A stretch of 64,000 nucleotides of DNA from a bacterium (GCA_965209155.1 OZ242383.1:2752001-2816000), one strand, 5' to 3'. Shown: positions 51,371 through 61,083, counted from the first letter of the stretch. Made by a program: numbers and translations. Notes: generated by a model not told the origin, from the sequence alone.

Positions 51371-51928
51371 GTGATTACCATCGTGGCAGGTAAATTCCGC
51401 GGAAAAAAAATCGAAGTTCCCCGTGGTCAATCAGTTCGTCCCACCCTGAATAAAAACCGGGAGTCGATTTTTAACGTCCTGCAAAGTCTGGTGGATTTTC
51501 CGAAAATGACCGCATTGGATTTATATGCTGGGTCTGGCGCAATGGGATTGGAAGCCTTGAGCCGGGGTGTGCCAAAATCCGTTTTTGTGGAGAATTCAAA
51601 AAGCGTCTTTCAAGTATTAAAAAAAAATATCAGCACCTTTCCATTACAAAAAGAACAAGTTTCACTGGTTCGCAGTTCGGTGAGAGATTGGTTGCCATGT
51701 TTTTCCAAATCCGCCCTTCCATGCTTGATTTTTATAGATCCCCCCTACCAATCCGAGGAATACGAAAAAATTCTGTCAATGATAGACGAGCTCGTAGCAA
51801 TTCCTTCCCAATCCGTACTCGTGGTCGAATCTCCCCGTCTCCTCCATTATTCCCGACCTGCTCTTTTAGAGCCAATACAGTCAAAACTATATGGGCGAAG
51901 CAAACTCGATTTTTTGCTAAAAATTTGA
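51371..51928 (+). CDS. rsmD: 16S rRNA m2G966 methyltransferase
   Basis: IVAGKFRG, VRPT...RESIFN, LDLYAGSGAMGLEALSRG, IDPPY. Confidence 0.93.
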   Translation: MITIVAGKFRGKKIEVPRGQSVRPTLNKNRESIFNVLQSLVDFPKMTALDLYAGSGAMGLEALSRGVPKSVFVENSKSVFQVLKKNISTFPLQKEQVSLVRSSVRDWLPCFSKSALPCLIFIDPPYQSEEYEKILSMIDELVAIPSQSVLVVESPRLLHYSRPALLEPIQSKLYGRSKLDFLLKI

Positions 51929-51987
51929 TAAATTATCAGCAGTCTGTGGTAGGTTATTCAGACGAACGTCGATAATTGGCAGATTGA

Positions 51988-52746
51988 TTGTCATGGGCAA
52001 ATCAATTCATCGGGGACGGAAAAAACATGTTGGAGCAACTGGATTTAGAGCATTTGCCTCGTCATGTAGCCGTAATCATGGATGGCAACGGACGTTGGGC
52101 AAAGCAACGTCTCATGCAGCGGTCTCAGGGACACCGAAACGCGATCAATGCGGTAAGAAATACCGTAGAGACTGCTGCTGAACTGAAATTGATTTCTCTC
52201 ACCCTGTATGCCTTTTCTACGGAGAATTGGAAACGACCCGAAAAAGAAATTTCGGTATTGATGGATTTGTTTGCCGAATATCTCCAGAAAGAACTGGATA
52301 ATCTCAACCGCAATAATATTTGCTTTCGCTTAATTGGTGACCGCGCCGGGTTGCCGCATTTTTTACAAGAATACCTGGGCCGTACTTTAGAATCCACTGC
52401 AGGCAATAGTGGTATGGTTCTGAATTTGGCCTTGAATTATGGAGGCAGGGCAGAGATTATCCGTGCCATTCAATTGATTGCCGAACAAGCTCAGAAATAT
52501 GCTCTCTCTCCGGAACTCATCGATGAGGCCTTTGTTTCAAAGTATATGTACACCGCCGATCTTCCTGACCCGGATTTGATCATTCGCACCAGTGGAGAAC
52601 AGCGTATTTCCAATTTTCTGCTATGGCAGTCTGCCTACTCCGAATTTTATTTTACGGATATCCTTTGGCCAGATTTCACCCAGGACGATTTTTATAAGGC
52701 ATTGTATGATTTTCAACAACGCCAACGTCGTTTGGGAGGAGTCTGA
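51988..52746 (+). CDS. uppS: Undecaprenyl diphosphate synthase
   Basis: HVAVIMDGNGRWA, YAFSTENWKRP, LNYGGR, IRTSGEQRISNFLLWQ. Confidence 0.97.
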   Translation: MSWANQFIGDGKNMLEQLDLEHLPRHVAVIMDGNGRWAKQRLMQRSQGHRNAINAVRNTVETAAELKLISLTLYAFSTENWKRPEKEISVLMDLFAEYLQKELDNLNRNNICFRLIGDRAGLPHFLQEYLGRTLESTAGNSGMVLNLALNYGGRAEIIRAIQLIAEQAQKYALSPELIDEAFVSKYMYTADLPDPDLIIRTSGEQRISNFLLWQSAYSEFYFTDILWPDFTQDDFYKALYDFQQRQRRLGGV

Positions 52747-52772
52747 TCCACGGCTTTTTCAATATATCTCGG

Positions 52773-53609
52773 ATGACCGTTTCTGAAATGCAGGCTCCTG
52801 AAAAAAAAGAGCTGGGTGATCGAGTGAAAACTGCAGTTCCGGTCGCCCTCCTGTTGATCGGCATTATGCTCTATGCGCCTGTTTTTGTTGTTGGAATCGT
52901 GGTGCTCTTGTTGACCATCGCAGGTATCTACGAATTTGACGGCATGCTCGAGCCTGGAATTCGTCTCAGTCTGCTGGTGATGATGGGGAGTACTGTTTTC
53001 ATGGGAGGAGCGGCTATCCTGGGAGGAATGACGGGTCTGACGGTCGCTTTGGTATTTGTTTCTCTGGGGTTGTTTTTTTATTACTTGATTTTTACGACTC
53101 CTCACAATATTTCGGACCTGCAAGTCCTTGGCATCAGCTTGTTTGGAATTCTCTGGATTCCCTGGAGTTTCAACCACCTGACGTTGATCAGGGGACTGCC
53201 GGAAGGGACGGCTTTCCTGTTTTTACTGGTTTTGAGCATTTGGATGAGTGACATAGCAGCCTACTTTGGTGGAAAATCATTTGGTCGTATTTTACTCGCT
53301 CCATCCGTCAGTCCAAAAAAAACAATCGAAGGAAGCCTTTGCGGTGCGGCAGCCGGTAGCATTGTTGCTGCGTTGTTTTCCTTCTTTTTTATCGAAAGTT
53401 TGAGTTGGGTCACGGGGTCTTTGGTTGGCTTGGCAGTTTCGTTCTTGGGGCAGGTCGGAGATTTGCTGGAATCCAAAATCAAGAGGCTGTGCGAAGTGAA
53501 GGATTCCGGCACGATATTTCCGGGACATGGGGGAATCTTGGACCGGGTGGATGGATTTTTAACCGCAACTCCCGTCTACTTTTATCTCATGTTCTGGATC
53601 AGTCACTAA
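52773..53609 (+). CDS. cdsA: Phosphatidate cytidylyltransferase
   Basis: SDIAAYFGG, SPKKTIEG, GDLLES.IKR...VKDSG..FPGHGGILDRVD. Confidence 0.96.
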   Translation: MTVSEMQAPEKKELGDRVKTAVPVALLLIGIMLYAPVFVVGIVVLLLTIAGIYEFDGMLEPGIRLSLLVMMGSTVFMGGAAILGGMTGLTVALVFVSLGLFFYYLIFTTPHNISDLQVLGISLFGILWIPWSFNHLTLIRGLPEGTAFLFLLVLSIWMSDIAAYFGGKSFGRILLAPSVSPKKTIEGSLCGAAAGSIVAALFSFFFIESLSWVTGSLVGLAVSFLGQVGDLLESKIKRLCEVKDSGTIFPGHGGILDRVDGFLTATPVYFYLMFWISH

Positions 53610-53621
53610 AAGGTAATCGTC

Positions 53622-54821
53622 ATGAAAGTAAAGCGGCTGGCAGTCTTGGGTTCTACCGGTTCCATAGGAGGCAGCACTTTGGATGTTGTACGACAGTTCC
53701 CGGATAAATTTCGGGTCGTGGCTCTGTCGTGCCAGAATCAGGTACAAAAATTATTCGATCAAATCTGCGAATTTCAACCGCAAATAGTGTGCGTGGGGTC
53801 TGCGGAACAAGCTCAGTGGCTCAGGGACCAGGGCGCCCGAGTCATGGATGTCGTTTTTGGAGCTGAGGGTTTGGTACGGATTGTATCCGAAGTGGAGACA
53901 GACCTGGTGGTTGCGGGAATTGTCGGTTCTGCCGGATTGAGTTCTACCTTCGCAGCGATCGCTGCCGGGCGGGACGTTGTCTTGGCGAACAAAGAAACCA
54001 TGGTATTGGCTGGTGAATTGATTATGCGCAAAGCAGATGAAACAGGGAGCATAATCTTTCCTGCCGACAGCGAACACAATGCAATATTTCAATCCTTGGT
54101 GGGGCATCAGCGCTATGATATTGAAAAAATAATTTTGACCGCGTCCGGCGGACCTTTCCTGGACAGGCCACTCTCTGAATTTGGAACAATCACCCCAGGA
54201 GAAGCACTCAATCATCCCAACTGGGAAATGGGTGACAAAGTCACTATCGATTCGGCAACCATGATGAATAAAGGATTGGAAATCATTGAAGCACGTTGGT
54301 TGTTTGGAATATCGACTTCGGAAATCAAGGTAGTGATTCACCGGGAAAGCATCGTCCATTCGATGGTAGAATATAAAGATGGTTCATTCATCGCACAGTT
54401 GGGACTCCCGGATATGAAGATCCCCATTGCTTATTGCCTGGCTTATCCCGACCGCTTGCCATTGAGGGGACCAAAATTGAATATCTCCGAGTTGAGAAAT
54501 CTTCATTTTGAAGACCTTTCCATGGAGAAATATCCATGTTTGCATCTTGCGAGAACCGCAGGAAAAATGGGAGGAGCGGCGCCTGCAGTACTCAACGGCG
54601 CTAACGAAGTAGTGGTGGCAGCCTTTTTAGCGGGAAGTATTCAGTTTCTGGACATTGCCTTCGTTTTAAATCGGACATTTGAGCATTTTCAAAGGCACCA
54701 GAACGCCCCTGAAGCGCAACCCTCGTTCTTGCAGGAAGTCAGTAGCATTGAAGACGCCTTGCGTGCTGATGATTGGGGCCGTATAACCGCTCATGCAATT
54801 GTTACTGGAGAAAATATATGA
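53622..54821 (+). CDS. dxr: 1-deoxy-D-xylulose-5-phosphate reductoisomerase
   Basis: LGSTGSIG, LANKE, DSEHNAIFQ, LTASGGPF, HPNWEMG.K.TIDSATMMNKGLE. Confidence 0.98.
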   Translation: MKVKRLAVLGSTGSIGGSTLDVVRQFPDKFRVVALSCQNQVQKLFDQICEFQPQIVCVGSAEQAQWLRDQGARVMDVVFGAEGLVRIVSEVETDLVVAGIVGSAGLSSTFAAIAAGRDVVLANKETMVLAGELIMRKADETGSIIFPADSEHNAIFQSLVGHQRYDIEKIILTASGGPFLDRPLSEFGTITPGEALNHPNWEMGDKVTIDSATMMNKGLEIIEARWLFGISTSEIKVVIHRESIVHSMVEYKDGSFIAQLGLPDMKIPIAYCLAYPDRLPLRGPKLNISELRNLHFEDLSMEKYPCLHLARTAGKMGGAAPAVLNGANEVVVAAFLAGSIQFLDIAFVLNRTFEHFQRHQNAPEAQPSFLQEVSSIEDALRADDWGRITAHAIVTGENI

Positions 54822-56155
54822 TGACGATTATTTCATTCATTCTGGTTTTGGGTATTCTGATCTTCATTCATGAAATGGGGCATTTTCTGGCAGCCCGTCA
54901 TGTAGGGGTGAGAGTGGAAACTTTTTCCATTGGTTTTCCTCCCAGGGCAATCAGCAAGAAATATGGTGAGACCGAATACGTGCTTTCCTGGCTTCCTTTG
55001 GGAGGCTACGTACGCTTGTTTGGACAAAATATGAATGACGAAGATCCCCAGGACCCTACTAATTATGCCTCCAAGAGTATTGCCCAGCGTTTTTATATTC
55101 TGGTTGCAGGCCCTGCGATGAATTTGTTGTTTGCCTTTCTATTCATGCCCCTGGTTTACATGGCAGGAATCAGCATTCCCAAATATTTACTCGATCCCCC
55201 GGTCATTGCCACCATTCAGCAAAAAAGTTTTGCCGAAATGGTGGGATTGAAAGAAGGTGATGAGATAATTGCAATCAACAGGAACCCGGTTCGAAGTTGG
55301 GAAGAATTGCAAATGCAATTGAATTCCGTGGAAGGGAGCACCATCACCTTGGAAGTAGAAAGAGACGGGTACGTTACTTCAGTGACCGGAACCGTGGAGG
55401 AATTGAAAGAACATGGAGCCGGATGGAGCCCGCGAATTGCACCGGTTGTCGGAGGTTTTTCTGAAATCTCCGCGATCCGTGATGCAGGATTACAAATCGG
55501 AGATCGGCTATTGCGCATCGATACGCATGAAGTGAATCAGTGGGGAGATATCTCAAAAATAATTCGCCAGACTCAATCACCCTTCCACACAGAGGCGGAT
55601 GCTGCTTATTCCGGTGAAGGTCAAGCATCGGCAGGTATTCCGATTGATATTGAAGTGGAGCGCAGAGGAGAAATCCGAGTGGTTTCGGTTACTCCTGATT
55701 TCAATGTAGACACCCAGTCTTACTTACTGGGAATGACCGTTGAACAAGTGAAACAATCGTATGGCCTGGTCGATTCGGTGATGATGGGAACAGAACGGCT
55801 GATTTTCATTACCATCATGACATTTCAATTTTTAGGGGAAATCATCGCTGGTCAAGGATCCATTGACGATTTAGGGGGACCTTTGCGTATCGGGATGGTG
55901 ATTGGAGAAGCCGTGCGTATGGGACTTGCCAATGTATTTTTTTTGATGGCGGTCATTAGTTTGCAATTGGGAATTTTCAATCTTTTGCCCATTCCTGTTC
56001 TGGATGGTGGTCACATTTTTTTTCTTGTAATTGAAAAATTGAAAGGTGGTCCGCTCAGCCCGAGGACGCGGGAAAGGACTCAAATGATCGGGTTTGCGCT
56101 ACTGATGTTTTTCATGATTGCCGTGACTTACAATGATTTCTTGCACCTGCGCTGA
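54818..56155 (+). CDS. rseP: RIP metalloprotease RseP
   Basis: HEMGH, FSIGF, LPLGGYV, AGPAMN, two PDZ-like repeats, NLLPIPVLDGGH. Confidence 0.96.
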   Translation: MMTIISFILVLGILIFIHEMGHFLAARHVGVRVETFSIGFPPRAISKKYGETEYVLSWLPLGGYVRLFGQNMNDEDPQDPTNYASKSIAQRFYILVAGPAMNLLFAFLFMPLVYMAGISIPKYLLDPPVIATIQQKSFAEMVGLKEGDEIIAINRNPVRSWEELQMQLNSVEGSTITLEVERDGYVTSVTGTVEELKEHGAGWSPRIAPVVGGFSEISAIRDAGLQIGDRLLRIDTHEVNQWGDISKIIRQTQSPFHTEADAAYSGEGQASAGIPIDIEVERRGEIRVVSVTPDFNVDTQSYLLGMTVEQVKQSYGLVDSVMMGTERLIFITIMTFQFLGEIIAGQGSIDDLGGPLRIGMVIGEAVRMGLANVFFLMAVISLQLGIFNLLPIPVLDGGHIFFLVIEKLKGGPLSPRTRERTQMIGFALLMFFMIAVTYNDFLHLR

Positions 56156-56347
56156 CCTTGGCGATTGAACGAAAATTGATTTTGCGCTCTGGAAAATCAG
56201 AGCGCTTAGCACTCTGATTCACCTCCCTGGTAAAGCGTTTACGATCATTATCTCCATTGGAAGAAACACTGGATTGTGGAGTGAACCTTCGCTTTTTGGC
56301 TCATGATCGTAAAGAAGCGGATCTCCCTGATAGATAGATTTTTAATT

Positions 56348-56908
56348 AATCTCATTAAACCACCAGCTCTGCTGGTGCGTACCTAATAGGCTTTGCCGGT
56401 CAGACATGAGAAACGTATCCGTGTCCGTTAGCCGTGCTCGTGCTCGTGAACGGTCAGTGAATTCGACGGCACATTTTGGTTAACATAGAAACAATGCGAT
56501 GAAGTCACTGTTTTCCTTCGTCAAATAAAGGAGGCTGGATGATCTTCAACACGTTTAAAACATAGAGAATAGCAGCGCATTCCATTGCGGAACCTCGGGC
56601 AAACGCATAGAATCGTTGCTTGTCAGGAAGGGAATTTTTTCCACAGCCTTCTGCGATATTGAGAGGAATCGACCATGAGGCCCTTTTCAGTTGGTCAACT
56701 AAGGCTGAGTATCCTTTTGACAATGTTTCGATGACTTGGACAGATAACGATAAAAATTCGATGGAACATTGGTATACATCGAGTTTTTCATGATCTAACA
56801 TGGCAGCCTTTTTCGTTCACGAGCACGAGCACGTCTTACGATGACGAACACGTTTTGCCCCCATCCTGGGGGCCTCTTCAAGCCACCGGCTCTGCCGGTG
56901 GTGATGAC
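56348..56908. mobile_element. Non-autonomous element with IS200/IS605-like hairpin ends carrying a four-helix-bundle gene
   Basis: Subterminal hairpins CACCAGC-TCT-GCTGGTG and CCACCGGC-TCT-GCCGGTGG, plus GCCCCC-ATCCT-GGGGGC; absent from the other two copies of the host repeat; no target duplication. Confidence 0.75.
56454..56801 (-). pseudogene. Four-helix-bundle protein (23S rRNA IVP / Avd-like) with premature TGA
   Basis: HEKLDVYQ, DQLKRAS.SIPLNIAEG, RFY..ARGSAMECAA; TGA at codon 99, but the frame continues LHRIVSMLTKMCRRIH to a stop at 56454. Confidence 0.85.
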
Positions 56909-57212
56909 TTTTTTTACGAATCCTGCATTTTTTTCATTTGGGGGTTGACATTATACAAAAAAAATATATACATATTTTGACAAAATCATGCCTTCACTAA
57001 GTTGTTTTAGTGAAAGAGAGGGTTCCCGATCGATGGAACCATATCGTGGGAGGACTTGAAAACGATCGATCCTCTCCGGGAATCTTTTTTAATGATATTT
57101 AACCAAACGGTTTTTTCAGAGACCTGAATACTTACGTTCATTCTTTTGTTAAGGAGTACCTATGGTTAAATTTTTTTGTTCTTTCAAGCTGAATAAAATT
57201 AAAGGAGAAATT

Positions 57213-59027
57213 ATGAGGAAAACGAAAAAATTGGCAGTCCTTTTAGGAGGACTGATGCTGGCAGGCGCTTTTCAGACGGTGCAGGCCAAAGATTGGACGG
57301 GTGAGGATATGACCGAGTACGCAAAGAGTCAGGGGAATCCCGTCTATGGTGGGATCGTGGTGGATACAGGCAGGGGGTATACCTCCAGCTTTGATCCGCT
57401 CATTCATCCTTCCGAGAATGAGGTGACCTGGGGTATTTATGAAACCTTTTATTCTCCTGACATCACCATGGGACCACGGGGTAGCAACGAACAACGGTGG
57501 TCGACTGAATTCATTAGCATGGATGCATCCATGGGCATGTTGGCCGAGTCTTGGGAACAAGTGGATCCCACCCATTCGAGGTTGAAGATCCGCAAGGGAA
57601 TCCACTTTTGGACGAAAGATAGTGTGGTGAGCCCCAATCCCAACCTGGAGTCGGCCTATGGGAGAGAACTCAATGCCCGTGATATATTGAAAATCTGGGA
57701 AGTCTCGAAAGATGAGGAGAGAACCCAATGGTATAATTCCGAAAAGGATTGGGTCTGGACAGCTCCGGATGATTGGACCATCGAAGTGGAGTGGAAGGTA
57801 CCGGATGCGACGGGATGGTTATGGAAGGTTTCAGCTTTGATGCGCATCACGGCCCCTGAAATGTACGAGAATGACATCAATACCGAGGACTTTAGAAATG
57901 CCTTGGGCACGGGTGCCTTTATTCCAATAGAAGATCTCCCGGGCAGCGTCACCACCTTCAAAAAGAACCCGAACTACTGGGGTATGGATCCCTTTTACCC
58001 TGAAAACAAACTTCCCTACCTGGACGGGTCGAAGATTGTCCAGTTCGCCGAGAGTCCGGCAAAGGTAGCGGCCATGCGTGCCGGCAAGCTTGACCTGTCA
58101 AAACAAGTTCCCATTATTCAGCCGGATGTCTCGAGCCTGGAGCAGTCCCACCCCCAGATAAACCACATCGCATTACGAGGGTGGCAGCGCAGCTTTTTCG
58201 TGAGGGTCGACTTGCCACCCTGGAGCGACCTCAGGGTCCGGCGTGCCGCCATGCTGGCCGTCAACCACGAAGAAGCGTTGCAGGAATTTTACCAGGGGTA
58301 TGCCCATTATCCCTCCTATCCTGCAGAAAAAGGGATGGCGCCTTATTACCTTGGCATGGACTACTTGAAAGAGCACCGCCCGGACCTGGCCAGGCTGTTT
58401 GAGTATCACCCCGAGGAGTCCAGGGCGCTGCTTACCGAAGCCGGCTATCCTGATGGTTTCGAGACCACCATGATCATCCCCGCAGATTGGCAGGAAGATG
58501 CGGAACTGTTTGCCGGCTATCTCGAGGAGGTGGGCATTCGGGTGACATTCAATGTGATGGATATGAGTGTTTATTACTCCTCAACGATGACCCCGACTCC
58601 GGATGATTCCATTTATACCGGCATGGCGATTACTGATTCCGGCGCGCCTGGTGGTGGCTTGACGGATACCATGAAGTGGCACCATGACCCCCGGGCCCCG
58701 CTGCCTTGGTATGGCGACCCTGATGCGCCAACCGCCCCTTCTGAGACACGGTGGCAGGCTGAGAAAATGAAAGCATTGCATGATTCCCTGAAGCTCGCTC
58801 CGAATCGAGAGGAGTACCAGCGCGTCTGGTACGAACTGTACCATCATGTCTACGAAACGTTGTGGAATTTGCCCTTTGTGGCCCTGGACCAGCATATATA
58901 CTGGCAACCCTGGGTCAAGGGCTTCATGGGGGATATCGGTTTTGGGGCTGGCTTTTACGCCAACTACTTCATGTGGATCGATGCCGATGAGAAGAAGCGG
59001 CTCAGCGGACGAGATGCGAACGAGTAA
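57213..59027 (+). CDS. ABC transporter substrate-binding protein, family 5
   Basis: Signal peptide MRKTKK...VQA, PVYGG, IRKGIHFW, GTGAF, LPYLDG, RVRRAAMLAVN; paralog of the 21.6/24 kb SBPs. Confidence 0.92.
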   Translation: MRKTKKLAVLLGGLMLAGAFQTVQAKDWTGEDMTEYAKSQGNPVYGGIVVDTGRGYTSSFDPLIHPSENEVTWGIYETFYSPDITMGPRGSNEQRWSTEFISMDASMGMLAESWEQVDPTHSRLKIRKGIHFWTKDSVVSPNPNLESAYGRELNARDILKIWEVSKDEERTQWYNSEKDWVWTAPDDWTIEVEWKVPDATGWLWKVSALMRITAPEMYENDINTEDFRNALGTGAFIPIEDLPGSVTTFKKNPNYWGMDPFYPENKLPYLDGSKIVQFAESPAKVAAMRAGKLDLSKQVPIIQPDVSSLEQSHPQINHIALRGWQRSFFVRVDLPPWSDLRVRRAAMLAVNHEEALQEFYQGYAHYPSYPAEKGMAPYYLGMDYLKEHRPDLARLFEYHPEESRALLTEAGYPDGFETTMIIPADWQEDAELFAGYLEEVGIRVTFNVMDMSVYYSSTMTPTPDDSIYTGMAITDSGAPGGGLTDTMKWHHDPRAPLPWYGDPDAPTAPSETRWQAEKMKALHDSLKLAPNREEYQRVWYELYHHVYETLWNLPFVALDQHIYWQPWVKGFMGDIGFGAGFYANYFMWIDADEKKRLSGRDANE

Positions 59028-59039
59028 CTGAAGAGCGTC

Positions 59040-60005
59040 GTGCAAACCTATATCATCCGAAGATTGCTGCTGGTTGTCCCCACGATGCTCATCGTGTCAC
59101 TGATCGTCTTCTTCAGCTTGCGCCTCATTCCCGGCGATGCGGTCGACTTGATGGTGGCTCAGAGTACGCATTTCGGCGGTACCAAATCCGATGAAACGCC
59201 CCGGGACATTATACGACGTGCCCTGGGGCTGGATTTGCCGGCCCATGTCCAGTTTGGAAAGTGGATGGCCGGACTGCTGCAGGGAGACCTGGGAGAATCC
59301 TTATGGACCAAAATCTCGGTAAGCGAAACCGTTTTGACGCGATTGCCCATCTCCCTGGAATTGGGTTTCCTCGCCATTGTCGTTTCGTTGACCATCGCCC
59401 TCCCGGTGGGCATGATTTCGGGGATCCGACCGGAGTCCAGGCTGGATCAGGTTCTGCGGAGCATGGCGATCCTCTTCATCTGCATTCCCGAGTTCTGGCT
59501 GGGGACGATGGTCTTGCTCTATCCCGCCCTCTGGTGGGATTGGGCGCCGCGGATGTTCTACATTTCGTTCTTTGAGGACCCCCTGGCCAACCTGGGCATG
59601 ATGATCCTCCCGGCAGCCATCCTGGGGTTGTGGCTCTCGGGGTTTACCATGCGCTTTACACGCACCATGATGCTGGAAGTGCTCGGGCAGGATTACGTGA
59701 GAACCGCCTGGGCCAAAGGACTCCGTGAGCGGGTGGTAGTGACGCGGCACGTGATGAAGAATGCGCTGATCCCGGTAGTCACCATGATCGGATTGCAATT
59801 ACCGGTCATGATTGGCGGGGCCGTGATCGTGGAGTACCTGTTTCAAATTCCCGGAATGGGTGCGCTCATTGTGGAAGCGGTCAACATTCGAGACTATCCC
59901 CTCGTCTCCGGAGCCAATTTGGTCATGGCCGCCTTCGTGCTGGTGATCAATATCGGCGTCGACCTGAGCTACGCCTGGCTCGATCCCCGCATTCGGTATC
60001 GGTAG
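59040..60005 (+). CDS. Peptide/nickel ABC transporter permease (DppB/OppB-like)
   Basis: YIIRRLL...IPGD, GDLGES, DYVRTAWAKGL, YAWLDPRIRY; paralog of 20216-21175. Confidence 0.95.
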   Translation: MQTYIIRRLLLVVPTMLIVSLIVFFSLRLIPGDAVDLMVAQSTHFGGTKSDETPRDIIRRALGLDLPAHVQFGKWMAGLLQGDLGESLWTKISVSETVLTRLPISLELGFLAIVVSLTIALPVGMISGIRPESRLDQVLRSMAILFICIPEFWLGTMVLLYPALWWDWAPRMFYISFFEDPLANLGMMILPAAILGLWLSGFTMRFTRTMMLEVLGQDYVRTAWAKGLRERVVVTRHVMKNALIPVVTMIGLQLPVMIGGAVIVEYLFQIPGMGALIVEAVNIRDYPLVSGANLVMAAFVLVINIGVDLSYAWLDPRIRYR

Positions 60006-60086
60006 TTTTGGCGCGGTGCGGCATTCCGCTTTCGACTTCGCCAGAGAAGGTAAAAAACACTTTCAATCAAGACCAGCAAGAATTAA

Positions 60087-61049
60087 ATGGCAATCAGTAC
60101 CGAACCCCCAACCACCACAGTCGCCATACCGGCCCAACGAAAAGGAGCCCTTCGCGTGTTCTTCTCCAGGCTGTTTCGGGAGAAGAAACTGGGGGCGGCC
60201 GGGGCGGTCATCGTCCTCTTATTTTTCATCGTCGGGGTATTTGCCGATTTCCTGGCCCCCCGCGGCATGAAGGAGCGGAAACTGCGGGACCGCTTGGAGG
60301 GCCCCTCCCTCAAATATCCGCTGGGGACAGACCACCTGGGACGAGATCAGCTCAGCCGAGTGATCTATGGGGCGCAAATCTCGATGATCGTGGGAGTGGC
60401 TGCCAGTGCGCTTCAGGTGGTCATTGCCACGATATTCGGTCTGCTCTCCGGCTACTTCAGCGGGAAGTTCGACCTCCTCCTGCAACGGCTGGTCGATGCC
60501 TGGCTTTCCTTTCCAGCGCTGTTTGTGATCTTGACGGTGATGTCCCTGCTGGGACCCGGGATGGTGCAAATCATCATTGTGTTGGGCGCGTTTTGGGGCA
60601 TCGGCAATATCCGTTTGATCCGGGGCGTGGTGCTCAGCGCCAAGGAGAACCAATATGTCGAAGCCGCCCGGGCGGTGGGCTGCCCCACTTGGCGCATCAT
60701 CCTGCGGCATATCCTGCCCCAGGTTGGAGCACCGATCATTGTGATCTTTACCGTTTCTCTTGGAGGCATCATTATCTCGGAGGCCACGATCAGTTTTCTG
60801 GGATACGGAATTCCTCCGCCTCGGCCCAGTTGGGGCAGCATGTTGAGTGTTGAAGGCCGTCGGTATATGGAACAAGCCCCCTGGCTGGCCCTCTGGCCCG
60901 GTCTGTTCCTGGCCATCGTCGTCTTCGGCATCAACGTGTTTGGCGACGCCCTGCGGGACCTGCTCGATCCGCGGCTGAAAAACCTCGGACGCTTTGGTGA
61001 CGCCAAAAAGCTTGCCAGAAAACTCAAAACCCGGTTGATCGGGAAATAG
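60087..61049 (+). CDS. Peptide/nickel ABC transporter permease (DppC/OppC-like)
   Basis: LGTDHLGRD, YVEAARAVG, SFLGYGIPPPRPSWG; paralog of 18168-19130. Confidence 0.95.
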   Translation: MAISTEPPTTTVAIPAQRKGALRVFFSRLFREKKLGAAGAVIVLLFFIVGVFADFLAPRGMKERKLRDRLEGPSLKYPLGTDHLGRDQLSRVIYGAQISMIVGVAASALQVVIATIFGLLSGYFSGKFDLLLQRLVDAWLSFPALFVILTVMSLLGPGMVQIIIVLGAFWGIGNIRLIRGVVLSAKENQYVEAARAVGCPTWRIILRHILPQVGAPIIVIFTVSLGGIIISEATISFLGYGIPPPRPSWGSMLSVEGRRYMEQAPWLALWPGLFLAIVVFGINVFGDALRDLLDPRLKNLGRFGDAKKLARKLKTRLIGK

Positions 61050-61083
61050 AATAAAATGGGGGCACTCTGGAAAGTTTGAATCT

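Larger units (their letters stand above)
56215..57135 (+). mobile_element. Solo IS66 right-end copy interrupted by a 561-bp insert
   Basis: 56215-56347 and 56909-57135 align with 29197-29548; ends CCTGAATACTTAC (IR variant). Confidence 0.9.

Noticed and set aside
56505..56507. Selenocysteine or recoded TGA
   Set aside because: The position corresponds to a hydrophobic helix residue rather than a catalytic Cys, and other genes here use TGA as a normal stop
56454..56801. Diversity-generating retroelement (Avd)
   Set aside because: No reverse transcriptase and no TR/VR pair with adenine-specific mismatches in the window
10261..57135. Large composite transposon bounded by the solo IS66 ends
   Set aside because: All three right IRs face the same way, only one left IR (27480) was found, and the 8-mers after the solo ends (GCCATTTT, GTTCATTC) were not seen next to any left IR
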